Below are positions 23,830-31,196 of a DNA stretch of 41,694 nucleotides, one piece after another (position 1 is the stretch's first letter; each line of letters opens with the position of its first letter). A model generated the notes under the pieces. The model did no database searches. It had not been told where the DNA came from and saw nothing but the letters and a program-made list of their open reading frames with translations. The position numbers were made by a program, and so were the translations under genes. Source of the DNA: an uncultured Thermoplasmatales archaeon (GTDB lineage Archaea; Thermoplasmatota; E2; UBA202; DSCA01); the NCBI GenBank assembly GCA_964594625.1, contig CAZQNC010000001.1:1-41694 (forward strand), given 5' to 3'.

Positions 23830-25656
23830 TTAGAAGCTAAATATGGATACGATGATGGTCCCGCTGGTCGCGGTATGCCCGGCGCGGTCCATCGCCACGA
23901 CGTGCAGCGCCCGGGTCCCGATGTCGCTGGACCATACCCATTGGTAGGGGCTCTGCAGGTCGATGTTCTGCGCTTCGTCGTCGACGTAGAAGGTGACGTT
24001 GCCGATGCCCGACGCGTCATCCAGTGCGGATGCCACAACGGTGAGCCGGCCAAACGAGACGGTTCTGCCGCCGGACAGCGGGATGAGCTGCCGGTCGAAC
24101 AGGTAGAGGTAGCCGAACTGCGGGCGCAGCAATGAAACCGCGGGCGCCTCGGTGTCTATTTTCACCGTCGTTGACTTCGTTTCCTCGACGGTGCCCTCGT
24201 TGTCAACGGAGTAAAACTCCACGATGTTGACGCCATCGGTGCTGACGTTGAACGGCCCAGTGTAGGTCTGCCATGCGGTGTTGCCCACCCGGTACATGGT
24301 GTAGTTGATGCCGTCCGGGTCGCTGGCCGTCAGCGTAACCTCGACGGTGCCCAGGTACCAGCCGTTGTCCCCGTCGGGGGTCGACGGATTAAACGTTGCC
24401 ACCGTGGTGGGAACGCTGATGTTAATCTTGAAGTTGACGTTGTCCACGGTTTCCGTGTTGCCCGCGTTGTCCACGGAGTAAAAATCAACCTGGTAATGGC
24501 CGTTGCTTGACACCATGAAAGAGGAACTGTAGGTCGTCCATGTTCCATTGTTGATGCGGTACATGGTGTAGTCGACGCCGGAGTCGTCATCCGTCGCGCT
24601 GAGGGTAACCTCGACGGGGGATATGTACCAGCCGTCGGGGCCGTCAGGCGACGACGGATTGAGCGTGGCGGTGGTCTCCGGCGGCGTGGTGTCACCGGCC
24701 GAGGTGATGTTGAACTGACGCTGGATGGTGGTCACGCCGTTGCCGGCGTTGTCCACCGCGTAGATGGTATACCGGTAGGTGCCAATCATGGAATAGGTGG
24801 CATTCCGATAAAAATAGGTGCAGGGGTTATACTGCATGGTGAAATTGGCGGTGGAGCAGTCAGGATAGGTTATCTCCACGTACAGCCCGGCGATGCCGGA
24901 CAGGCTGTCACCGGACTCACAGGAAATATTCACATATCCGCCTGCAGCCTGCGTCTCGGGGCTGGCCTGCACGCTGGCGATACTCGGCGACTGGGTATCA
25001 AAACCCGCGCGTTCGTCGGCGCTCGCCGCCGGCTCAGCGTTGTCAGCGGTATCCCGGGCGATGGACCGGAACTGATAGTATCCCTGGCCGTCCGGGAAGT
25101 TGAACGTCCATCCCCACGGCGAGGTTTCATCGGTGGCGTAGGACGTCCACGCGCTCCATGTGGCATTGTTCACGCTATAGCGATATTCCAGGGTAACGTT
25201 GGCGACCGCGTAGTTGTCGCTGGCCGTAGCCGTCAGGCCGACGTTGCCGTTGTACCAGTAGCCGGAGAGAGCGTTCACTGAGCTCGACGGCGGGGTGGTG
25301 TCCTCCAGCGTGAAATCATAGGTTGCTGAGGTATTCCACCCGGTGGCATTGCGGGTGGTCAGCACGTAGGTGTAGGTGCCCAGCGGGTCTGGATAGCTGT
25401 AGCTGCCCTCGTAGTACCAGGCCCCGTAGGGGTTGTGGGTCATGGTATAGTTGCCTCTCAGCGTGGTATCTGGATAATAAATCTCTACATAGGCCTCGTC
25501 GGCGTTGGTCAGGTCAGCGGTGATGTTGTTGGACCCGGGTACCTCGACCGGGTCGGGTGTGTCGTTCACGGAGTTGATGTCAGGCTGCGCGAAAACGATG
25601 AATGCCGCCATCACCATAACCACGGCAATACCCGGCACTATCCACTTCTTTCCCAT
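23830..25656 (-). CDS. secreted surface protein built of Ig-like / beta-sandwich repeats (adhesin or S-layer-associated type)
   Basis: Signal/anchor MGKKWIVPGIAVVMVMAAFIVFA. At least five beta-rich modules containing recurring D(T)TPP linkers and Y..A.D.AGN motifs. The stop lies 3 nt upstream of the SpoU-family gene start. Confidence 0.75.
   Translation of the reverse strand: MGKKWIVPGIAVVMVMAAFIVFAQPDINSVNDTPDPVEVPGSNNITADLTNADEAYVEIYYPDTTLRGNYTMTHNPYGAWYYEGSYSYPDPLGTYTYVLTTRNATGWNTSATYDFTLEDTTPPSSSVNALSGYWYNGNVGLTATASDNYAVANVTLEYRYSVNNATWSAWTSYATDETSPWGWTFNFPDGQGYYQFRSIARDTADNAEPAASADERAGFDTQSPSIASVQASPETQAAGGYVNISCESGDSLSGIAGLYVEITYPDCSTANFTMQYNPCTYFYRNATYSMIGTYRYTIYAVDNAGNGVTTIQRQFNITSAGDTTPPETTATLNPSSPDGPDGWYISPVEVTLSATDDDSGVDYTMYRINNGTWTTYSSSFMVSSNGHYQVDFYSVDNAGNTETVDNVNFKINISVPTTVATFNPSTPDGDNGWYLGTVEVTLTASDPDGINYTMYRVGNTAWQTYTGPFNVSTDGVNIVEFYSVDNEGTVEETKSTTVKIDTEAPAVSLLRPQFGYLYLFDRQLIPLSGGRTVSFGRLTVVASALDDASGIGNVTFYVDDEAQNIDLQSPYQWVWSSDIGTRALHVVAMDRAGHTATSGTIIVSIFSF
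24157..24690 (-). repeat. two tandem ~88-aa domain repeats within the surface protein (residues ~323-500)
   Basis: TTATLNPSSPDGPDGWYISPVEVTLSATDDDSGVDYTMYRINNGTWTTYSSSFMVSSNGHYQVDFYSVDNAGNTE versus TVATFNPSTPDGDNGWYLGTVEVTLTASDPDGINYTMYRVGNTAWQTYTGPFNVSTDGVNIVEFYSVDNEGTVE. Confidence 0.85.
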
Positions 25657-25746
25657 ATACTGTTAATAAAGCTGTGATTATAAAACATTCGGTAGCAGAA
25701 CCGCGATGGCAATACGCTCGGTTCGCACCTTGCACTCCCGCAAACG

Positions 25747-25754
25747 TTTTTAAC
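25747..25754 (+). promoter_or_regulatory. candidate TATA box (TTTTTAAC) for argF; near-leaderless geometry
   Basis: Ends 22 nt upstream of ATG 25776. Confidence 0.4.
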
Positions 25755-25775
25755 CGCGCTGGCAATTACCGGCCC

Positions 25776-26663
25776 ATGAACCATGTTATCTCCATGCTTG
25801 ACGTGAAAGACGCCTTGCACGACATCATCGACGATGCCATCGACATGAAGCGCAGCGGCCACGGGAAAGACCTGGAGGACCGTATCCTGGCCATGATTTT
25901 TGAGAAGTCGAGCACGCGAACCCGGGTCTCATTTGAGGCGGGGATGCGCCGGCTGGGCGGCTACGCCATCTTTCTCGGCAAGGATGACATCCAGCTGGGG
26001 CGCGGGGAGACCATCGAGGATACCGCGCTGGTGCTGTCCCGCTATGCTGACCTTATCATGTACCGGGCGTTTGACCATGCGGACATGGTGGAGCTGGCGG
26101 AGCATGCGACGGTACCCGTTATCTCCGGGCTGGACGACGAGGAGCATCCCTGCCAGGTGGTCACCGATCTCATGACGGTCAAGGAGCACAAGGGACGATT
26201 GGACGGTCTGCACATGGTGTACTTTGGCGACGGCGACAACAACATGGCGAACTCGCTGATGCTGGGCGCCGCCATGTCGGGTATGAAGATGACGATGGTG
26301 GCGCCGAAGCCGTTCTGGCCGTCGGAGAAATATCTCGACATGGCCAGGGAGATGGGCGACATCCGGGTCATGGAGCTGCGGGATGATGCGGCTGCCGATG
26401 CCGATGTCGTGGTGACCGATACCTGGGTGTCGATGGGCGACGAGGCTGAAAAACAGGACCGCCTCAAGCTACTGGAAGGCTACACGGTTGATGCCGACGT
26501 GATGGCCCGCGCCGATGAGGAGGCTATCTTTATGCACTGCCTCCCCGCCTATTATGGCAACGAGGTTACGAAGGAGGTTGCGCATGGTTCGCAGTCCGTC
26601 ATCTTTGACGAGGCCGAGAACCGGATGTGGGCTCAGATGGCGATTATGAAGTGGCTGCTCTAG
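25776..26663 (+). CDS. argF: ornithine carbamoyltransferase
   Basis: Carbamoyl-phosphate motif FEKSSTRTRVSFE, HPCQ, ornithine-binding TDTWVSMG, HCLP. ATG 25776 chosen (295 aa plus stop) instead of the track start 25674. Confidence 0.9.
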   Translation: MNHVISMLDVKDALHDIIDDAIDMKRSGHGKDLEDRILAMIFEKSSTRTRVSFEAGMRRLGGYAIFLGKDDIQLGRGETIEDTALVLSRYADLIMYRAFDHADMVELAEHATVPVISGLDDEEHPCQVVTDLMTVKEHKGRLDGLHMVYFGDGDNNMANSLMLGAAMSGMKMTMVAPKPFWPSEKYLDMAREMGDIRVMELRDDAAADADVVVTDTWVSMGDEAEKQDRLKLLEGYTVDADVMARADEEAIFMHCLPAYYGNEVTKEVAHGSQSVIFDEAENRMWAQMAIMKWLL

Positions 26664-26923
26664 AAAAGGCGCCCTACTTTTTCTATCTCGATGCGGGCGA
26701 CGCCGTCAACCTCGGAAAGGGTGTCGACCAGCTCGTCTGGGCTTTCGTCGCCTGTCACGAGGTCGAGCATGACTGCCTTGAGGCCGAATGCGACGGGGGT
26801 GATATCCGTGCCCTGGACCTTTGCGGTGTCCGGCACCGTTTCGATGACCCGTTCTTTGAGTGCTTCCAGGTCCACCTCGGTTCCGGTGGGCATGATTTTC
26901 AGGGTGATTCCTACGTCTCCCAT
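26660..26923 (-). CDS. ef1b: elongation factor aEF-1 beta
   Basis: 87 aa: MGDVGITLKIMPTGTEVDLEALKERV.......V.....PVAFGLKA....V.....S.DE....L..V.GV...EI. Confidence 0.9.
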   Translation of the reverse strand: MGDVGITLKIMPTGTEVDLEALKERVIETVPDTAKVQGTDITPVAFGLKAVMLDLVTGDESPDELVDTLSEVDGVARIEIEKVGRLF

Positions 26924-26932
26924 GCTGGCCTC

Positions 26933-27118
26933 CTAAGGTCCTCGGAATCCGCATTCTGGGCATTCGTATGTGGCGGCCCGCTCCCGGCAGGCGCTGCATC
27001 GGTTGATGGTGCCGCCGCATTCGGGGCAGGGAAACGTTACGCTTCCTCGTTCGACCAGTCCGCGTCCGCATGAGACGCATCTTCCTTCTCGCATGAGACG
27101 GGTATGTCGGGTGTTCAT
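26933..27118 (-). CDS. Zn-ribbon RNA-binding protein (COG2888-type), the usual neighbour of aEF-1 beta
   Basis: CVSCG...V.....V.F.CP.CG....RC..CR.....Y.CP.CGF.GP. The start may instead be ATG 27094 (MREGRC...), because TTTAAATG at the 27118 start could be the TATA box. Confidence 0.8.
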   Translation of the reverse strand: MNTRHTRLMREGRCVSCGRGLVERGSVTFPCPECGGTINRCSACRERAATYECPECGFRGP

Positions 27119-27252
27119 TTAAAGTTTACCGCCGCAGGATGGCGGATGGCTGTCACGGTGGGCGACGCATGTTTTGTTTCCGGTGAGCTGTCCGGGTTAT
27201 CCGCCATTTGTCATCGATATTACGTCGACCTCCCGGTAGGGACGCCAAAAAC

Positions 27253-27260
27253 TATAAATT
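27253..27260 (+). promoter_or_regulatory. candidate TATA box (TATAAATT) for the second PaaK/F390-synthetase-like gene
   Basis: Ends 26 nt upstream of ATG 27286. The upstream in-frame ATG at 27262 lies next to the box itself. Confidence 0.45.
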
Positions 27261-27285
27261 TATGGGGATATTGCACAACAGCACT

Positions 27286-28665
27286 ATGAATCCGTTCCTT
27301 AACCCGCTCTTTCTGCTCCGGGTGGCGAAGGGCTATCTCACCGACGTCGACCGGGTGTGGAACATGTCGCCGGAGCAGCTGCAGCGATACCGGGACAGGT
27401 CGTTCAGACGCCTGGTTCGATATGCCTATGCGGTCCCGGTGTACCGCCAGAAGTATCGGGAGGCGGGTGTGCATCCCGATGACATCTCCGGCATTGCTGA
27501 CATCAAAAAACTGCCGTTTATCACCAAGGACGACCTGCGGCGGCATTTTCCTGATGGTATCGTCCATCCTCGTTTTGACAGGAGCAACGCGCACGTGGTG
27601 AGCACCTCGGGTTCGACGGGGCAGCCGGTGTCCCTTTACACGGATATCTATACGATCATCCAGGCACTGTTCGGGTTCATCCGCGAGATTCGGGAGTACG
27701 ACGTTGACTGGCGGACCACCAGGATGAGCGTCATCGTCGACCTGACGCCGGAGAGCGCCGAGGAGGCATATCTGAGCCGGACGGTCATACCGTTTCTGGG
27801 GAAGCTGTTCTCGTTTGACAACATGCAGATCCTGCATGTCGGAGACCCGCCCGAGGATCTTCTGCGCCGCATCAACGATTTCCAGCCGGAGTTCCTGGGC
27901 GGCTACCCGGGGGTGCTGCGGGCGCTGGCCGTGCTGAAGCGCAGGGGCAACGGCGACGATGTTTCGCCGCGGGTGATGGCGTCGTCCGGTGCGGTGCTCG
28001 ATGATTACACCAAGCGGTATATCGAGGAGACGTTTAACGCCCCGATTTTCGACGCCTACGGTTCCACTGAGGCCGGCCCGGCTGCCTTTGAATGCCGCAA
28101 CGGCAACTATCATATCCATTCCGATCTCGTGCACCTGGAGTTTCTGGATGACGACGGCAACGACGTGAAGGCCGGCGAACCAGGCCATGTCGTGGTGACC
28201 AAGCTCTACGGCCGCGGCACGCCGATTATCCGCTATACGGGTATGAAGGATTTTATCATTCCCCGTGACGACACCTGCGACTGCGGCATCCAGACCCCGC
28301 TGCTGGGTATCGTGGGCGGCCGCAAGGTGGACGCCATCGTGCTGGAGGGAGATAAGATCATTCCGCCGTCGGCCATCACCGGCGTGCCCGGGAAGGTCAT
28401 GCATAAGCTCGGCACGGACAAGATACAGCAGTTCCAGATTATCCAGCGACGGCTGGACTGCATCGAAATCCACGTGGTCATCGACGACCGCCTGCGTGAC
28501 GTTGGCCCCTCCGTTGACACCATCTTTTCGGAGCTCGGACGGCGCTATGAGCGCATATTCGGGGGCAGCGTCGATGTCAGGGTCAAAGAGGTCGACCATA
28601 TTCGGCAGAGCGGCCAGGTGGACACCCCGCCGCACGTGGTCATCTCGGAAGTACCGGTGAGCTAG
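27286..28665 (+). CDS. phenylacetate-CoA ligase / coenzyme F390 synthetase family adenylate-forming enzyme (second, divergent paralogue)
   Basis: PEQLQRYRDRSFRRLVRYAY.VPVYRQKYREAGV.PDDI....DI.KLPFITKDDLR; AMP motif STSGSTGQPVSLY; YGSTE; G.....RY.G..D. Confidence 0.8.
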   Translation: MNPFLNPLFLLRVAKGYLTDVDRVWNMSPEQLQRYRDRSFRRLVRYAYAVPVYRQKYREAGVHPDDISGIADIKKLPFITKDDLRRHFPDGIVHPRFDRSNAHVVSTSGSTGQPVSLYTDIYTIIQALFGFIREIREYDVDWRTTRMSVIVDLTPESAEEAYLSRTVIPFLGKLFSFDNMQILHVGDPPEDLLRRINDFQPEFLGGYPGVLRALAVLKRRGNGDDVSPRVMASSGAVLDDYTKRYIEETFNAPIFDAYGSTEAGPAAFECRNGNYHIHSDLVHLEFLDDDGNDVKAGEPGHVVVTKLYGRGTPIIRYTGMKDFIIPRDDTCDCGIQTPLLGIVGGRKVDAIVLEGDKIIPPSAITGVPGKVMHKLGTDKIQQFQIIQRRLDCIEIHVVIDDRLRDVGPSVDTIFSELGRRYERIFGGSVDVRVKEVDHIRQSGQVDTPPHVVISEVPVS

Positions 28666-28703
28666 CGGCGCAGTCATTTTATAGCATCCGCCGTTGTAGA
28701 GGT

Positions 28704-29351
28704 ATGAAAGCAAAGGCGCTGGCCCTGGTGCTGCTCATCGCCCTGCCGACATCCTTTTTTGCCATGTCCCGGTCGGTGGAGCCGGATGTGGTGCTGGTCA
28801 CCGGGTTCGAGCCGTTCGGTCGATGGGAGAGCAACCCCTCGGGGGAGATAGCGCTCGCCCTGAACGATACCGTGGTGGGCGACGTCCGCATCATTGGCCT
28901 GGTGCTCCCGGTCACGTTCAACACGTCGTATCAGTGTCTGCGGGAGGCCATCGTCCGGTATGACCCGGCGGCGGTCATCGCGCTTGGGTTGGACGGCGGC
29001 GCTCGCTCTTTGGAGGTGGAACGTCTGGCGGTCAACCTGCAGCGTCCCGCATGGCTGCGGTTTTCGCGTATCAACACGTCGGGTTCGCTGTTCCGTGGTA
29101 CGATGCTCCCCGGGGAGGCCATCGTTGCGGCGCTCCGCGATGACGGTATCGCTGCGAGGCAGTCCTGGTTTGCCGGGTTGTATGTCTGCAACCATGTGTT
29201 TTACCGGCTGATCGGCGACGCCGGGCACTGGGGCATCCCGGCGGGTTTTATCCATGTGCCGCCTACGCCGTCGCAGGAGCCCTATGGCATGGAGCCCGGG
29301 ATGATGCTGCGGGGCGTCCGCACCGCTGTCAACGTCACCATGGCGGCATGA
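28704..29351 (+). CDS. pcp: pyroglutamyl-peptidase I (peptidase C15) with a possible N-terminal signal peptide or TM anchor
   Basis: VLVTGFEPFG...SNPS; LGLDGGARSLEVERLAVN (Glu); AGLYVCNHVFY (Cys); AGFIHVP (His). The N-terminal MKAKALALVLLIALPTSFFAMS precedes the conserved core. The alternative ATG 28764 would remove it. Confidence 0.85.
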   Translation: MKAKALALVLLIALPTSFFAMSRSVEPDVVLVTGFEPFGRWESNPSGEIALALNDTVVGDVRIIGLVLPVTFNTSYQCLREAIVRYDPAAVIALGLDGGARSLEVERLAVNLQRPAWLRFSRINTSGSLFRGTMLPGEAIVAALRDDGIAARQSWFAGLYVCNHVFYRLIGDAGHWGIPAGFIHVPPTPSQEPYGMEPGMMLRGVRTAVNVTMAA

Positions 29352-29676
29352 TTTTTATGCCCGGTCGGGATACGTCCTCGTGAAGCGAGGGAGGGGGGGG
29401 TGTGGTCTTCATCCGGGCCGCCGGCATGTACGGCAGCAGGCATTACACCGGGCGGGGGATACGAAGCTGCTTCAAGGATACGAGCGCGACGATGATGCCT
29501 CGTGGATGTGTACGGTGCGGATAGCGTTGTCTTCGAAACCGACGGATATGACGCGTCCGTCGGGCAGCGCATCGGGCGGCGGCTGGAGCAGTGTTTCGAC
29601 GAGCCGTTCTCGGCGACCACGCGGAGTATGAGGGCCCTGGCTCGCGTGGCAGAGCGATATGGATGAAATCTCTATC

Positions 29677-29684
29677 TTTAAATA
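29677..29684 (+). promoter_or_regulatory. candidate TATA box (TTTAAATA) for the ferredoxin-GGR pair
   Basis: Consensus-like octamer ending 35 nt upstream of ATG 29719. An SD-like AGGGAG lies at about 29709..29714. Confidence 0.5.
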
Positions 29685-29718
29685 TGGGTTGCCATATTAG
29701 GCCCGTTGAGGGAGTCAC

Positions 29719-29889
29719 ATGATACAGATTGACCTGGAGCGCTGTCTGCACTGCGGCGGCTGCGTCGGCCTCTGCCCGGTGGACGCGCTCACATTGTACG
29801 GCGAACGCCTGGAGGCGTCGGAGGTTTGCACCGAGTGTGGCATCTGCGTGAAATTTTGCCCCGTCGAGGCGCTGGAGGTGCCACGATGA
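29719..29889 (+). CDS. 2x[4Fe-4S] ferredoxin (56 aa)
   Basis: Not in the supplied track. My translation is MIQIDLERCLHCGGCVGLCPVDALTLYGERLEASEVCTECGICVKFCPVEALEVPR, with two CxxCxxCxxxCP motifs. The stop overlaps the next start (ATGA). Confidence 0.85.
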   Translation: MIQIDLERCLHCGGCVGLCPVDALTLYGERLEASEVCTECGICVKFCPVEALEVPR

Positions 29890-31058
29890 AGGCTGACGTG
29901 GTGGTCGTGGGCGCGGGGCCTGCGGGCAGCGTCGCCGGAACGGAGTTCGCCCGCCGCGGCTTCGACGTGCTTGTCGTGGAAAAAAAGCAGGAGGTCGGGC
30001 CGCCGAAGCGCTGCGCCGAGGGTGTCTCCCAGAACGGCCTCGACACCGTCGGTATCGACGTTGACATGGACGTCCACCATCGCATAGAGGGCGCCTCGCT
30101 GTACGCGCCGTCGGGCAAAAAGGTCGTCATGGAGGGCGGCGACATGTTCGGCTACGTGCTGGAGCGCAAGATATTCGAGAAGCAGCTGGCCGCCCGGGCC
30201 ATCGAGGCCGGCGCCACGTATATGGTGGACACGCAGGCGCTCGGTATGCACCGCCGGGATGACCGCTGGAACGTCCGCCTGCGAGGGCTGGACGGCGAAC
30301 ATGAGGTACGGGCCAGGCTGGTCGTCGGCGCCGACGGCGTGGAGTCCAAGGTGGGCCGATGGGCCGGCTTCCAGAGCGTCAACCGCCTGAGTGACTACCA
30401 TTCCGGCATCCAGTACGAGATGGCAAACGTCAACGTCGACCCCGGCCATATCCATCTGTTCTTCGGCACCGAGGTGGCGCCGCTGGGCTACGCCTGGATT
30501 TTCCCCAAGCGGTTTTCCGCCAATGTGGGCCTCGGCGTGCTGGAGCGCAACGCGGAGATGAGCGCCCATGGTTACCTCCGCCGGTTCATCGACAGCCACT
30601 CCGACATCTTTGCCGGGGCGAGCCCCGTCGAGATAAACGCGGGCGGCGTGCCGGTCAACCATTTCACCGAGATGGTCGGCGACGGGGTCATCCTGGTCGG
30701 CGATGCGGCGCAGCTGGTCAACCCCATCCACGGCGGCGGCATCATCAGGGCCATGCATTCCTCTCAGATTGCGGCCGACGTGGCGGAGCCTGCCCTGACG
30801 GACGGCGACCTGTCGAAGGAGCGGCTGGCGGAATACGCGCATCGATGGGACGAGATATATGAGGAGAAGACGGCCAAGCTGCTGAAGCTCCGTGCCTTCC
30901 TCGAAAAACTGGAGGACAGGGATTTCGAGCTGCTGGCGGACATCCTGGAGGGCGAGGACATCTTCGAGCTCAGCCAGGCCCGCATCTCGTTTTTCATCAA
31001 AAAAATGCTGAAGCGCCCGTCGCTACTCGGCCTCGCCCGGAAATATCTGGCCGATTGA
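29886..31058 (+). CDS. geranylgeranyl reductase family flavoprotein (digeranylgeranylglycerophospholipid reductase-like)
   Basis: FAD fold ADVVVVGAGPAGS.AG...ARRGFDVLVVEKK; KRCAEGVS; YAWIFPK; VGDAA..VNP.HGGGI. ATG 29886 chosen (390 aa). Confidence 0.85.
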   Translation: MKADVVVVGAGPAGSVAGTEFARRGFDVLVVEKKQEVGPPKRCAEGVSQNGLDTVGIDVDMDVHHRIEGASLYAPSGKKVVMEGGDMFGYVLERKIFEKQLAARAIEAGATYMVDTQALGMHRRDDRWNVRLRGLDGEHEVRARLVVGADGVESKVGRWAGFQSVNRLSDYHSGIQYEMANVNVDPGHIHLFFGTEVAPLGYAWIFPKRFSANVGLGVLERNAEMSAHGYLRRFIDSHSDIFAGASPVEINAGGVPVNHFTEMVGDGVILVGDAAQLVNPIHGGGIIRAMHSSQIAADVAEPALTDGDLSKERLAEYAHRWDEIYEEKTAKLLKLRAFLEKLEDRDFELLADILEGEDIFELSQARISFFIKKMLKRPSLLGLARKYLAD

Positions 31059-31155
31059 CATCATGGTGGTCTGAAGCCGCGGCCGTACCCGTGGGGGGGG
31101 GGAGCTGCCGCCCATATATTTTTTGAGACCGGGGAGGAGACGGCTGATTAAAATA

Positions 31156-31163
31156 TTTATATA
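31156..31163 (+). promoter_or_regulatory. candidate TATA box (TTTATATA) for the histidine kinase gene
   Basis: Ends 34 nt upstream of ATG 31197. Confidence 0.45.
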
Positions 31164-31196
31164 TCCTCCGTGGTTTGCCTGACAGGGGGATACCAC

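Noticed and set aside
27220-28713. 497-aa minus-strand ORF
   Set aside because: It is antisense to the F390-synthetase-like gene, which carries the adenylation motifs on the plus strand.
29389-29400. G-quadruplex potential of the GGGAG8 tract
   Set aside because: Only three clean G3 tracts can be drawn without zero-length loops, which is not enough for a confident canonical G4 call.
29715-30842. 375-aa minus-strand ORF
   Set aside because: It is antisense to the geranylgeranyl reductase gene, which has a clear FAD-binding fold on the plus strand.
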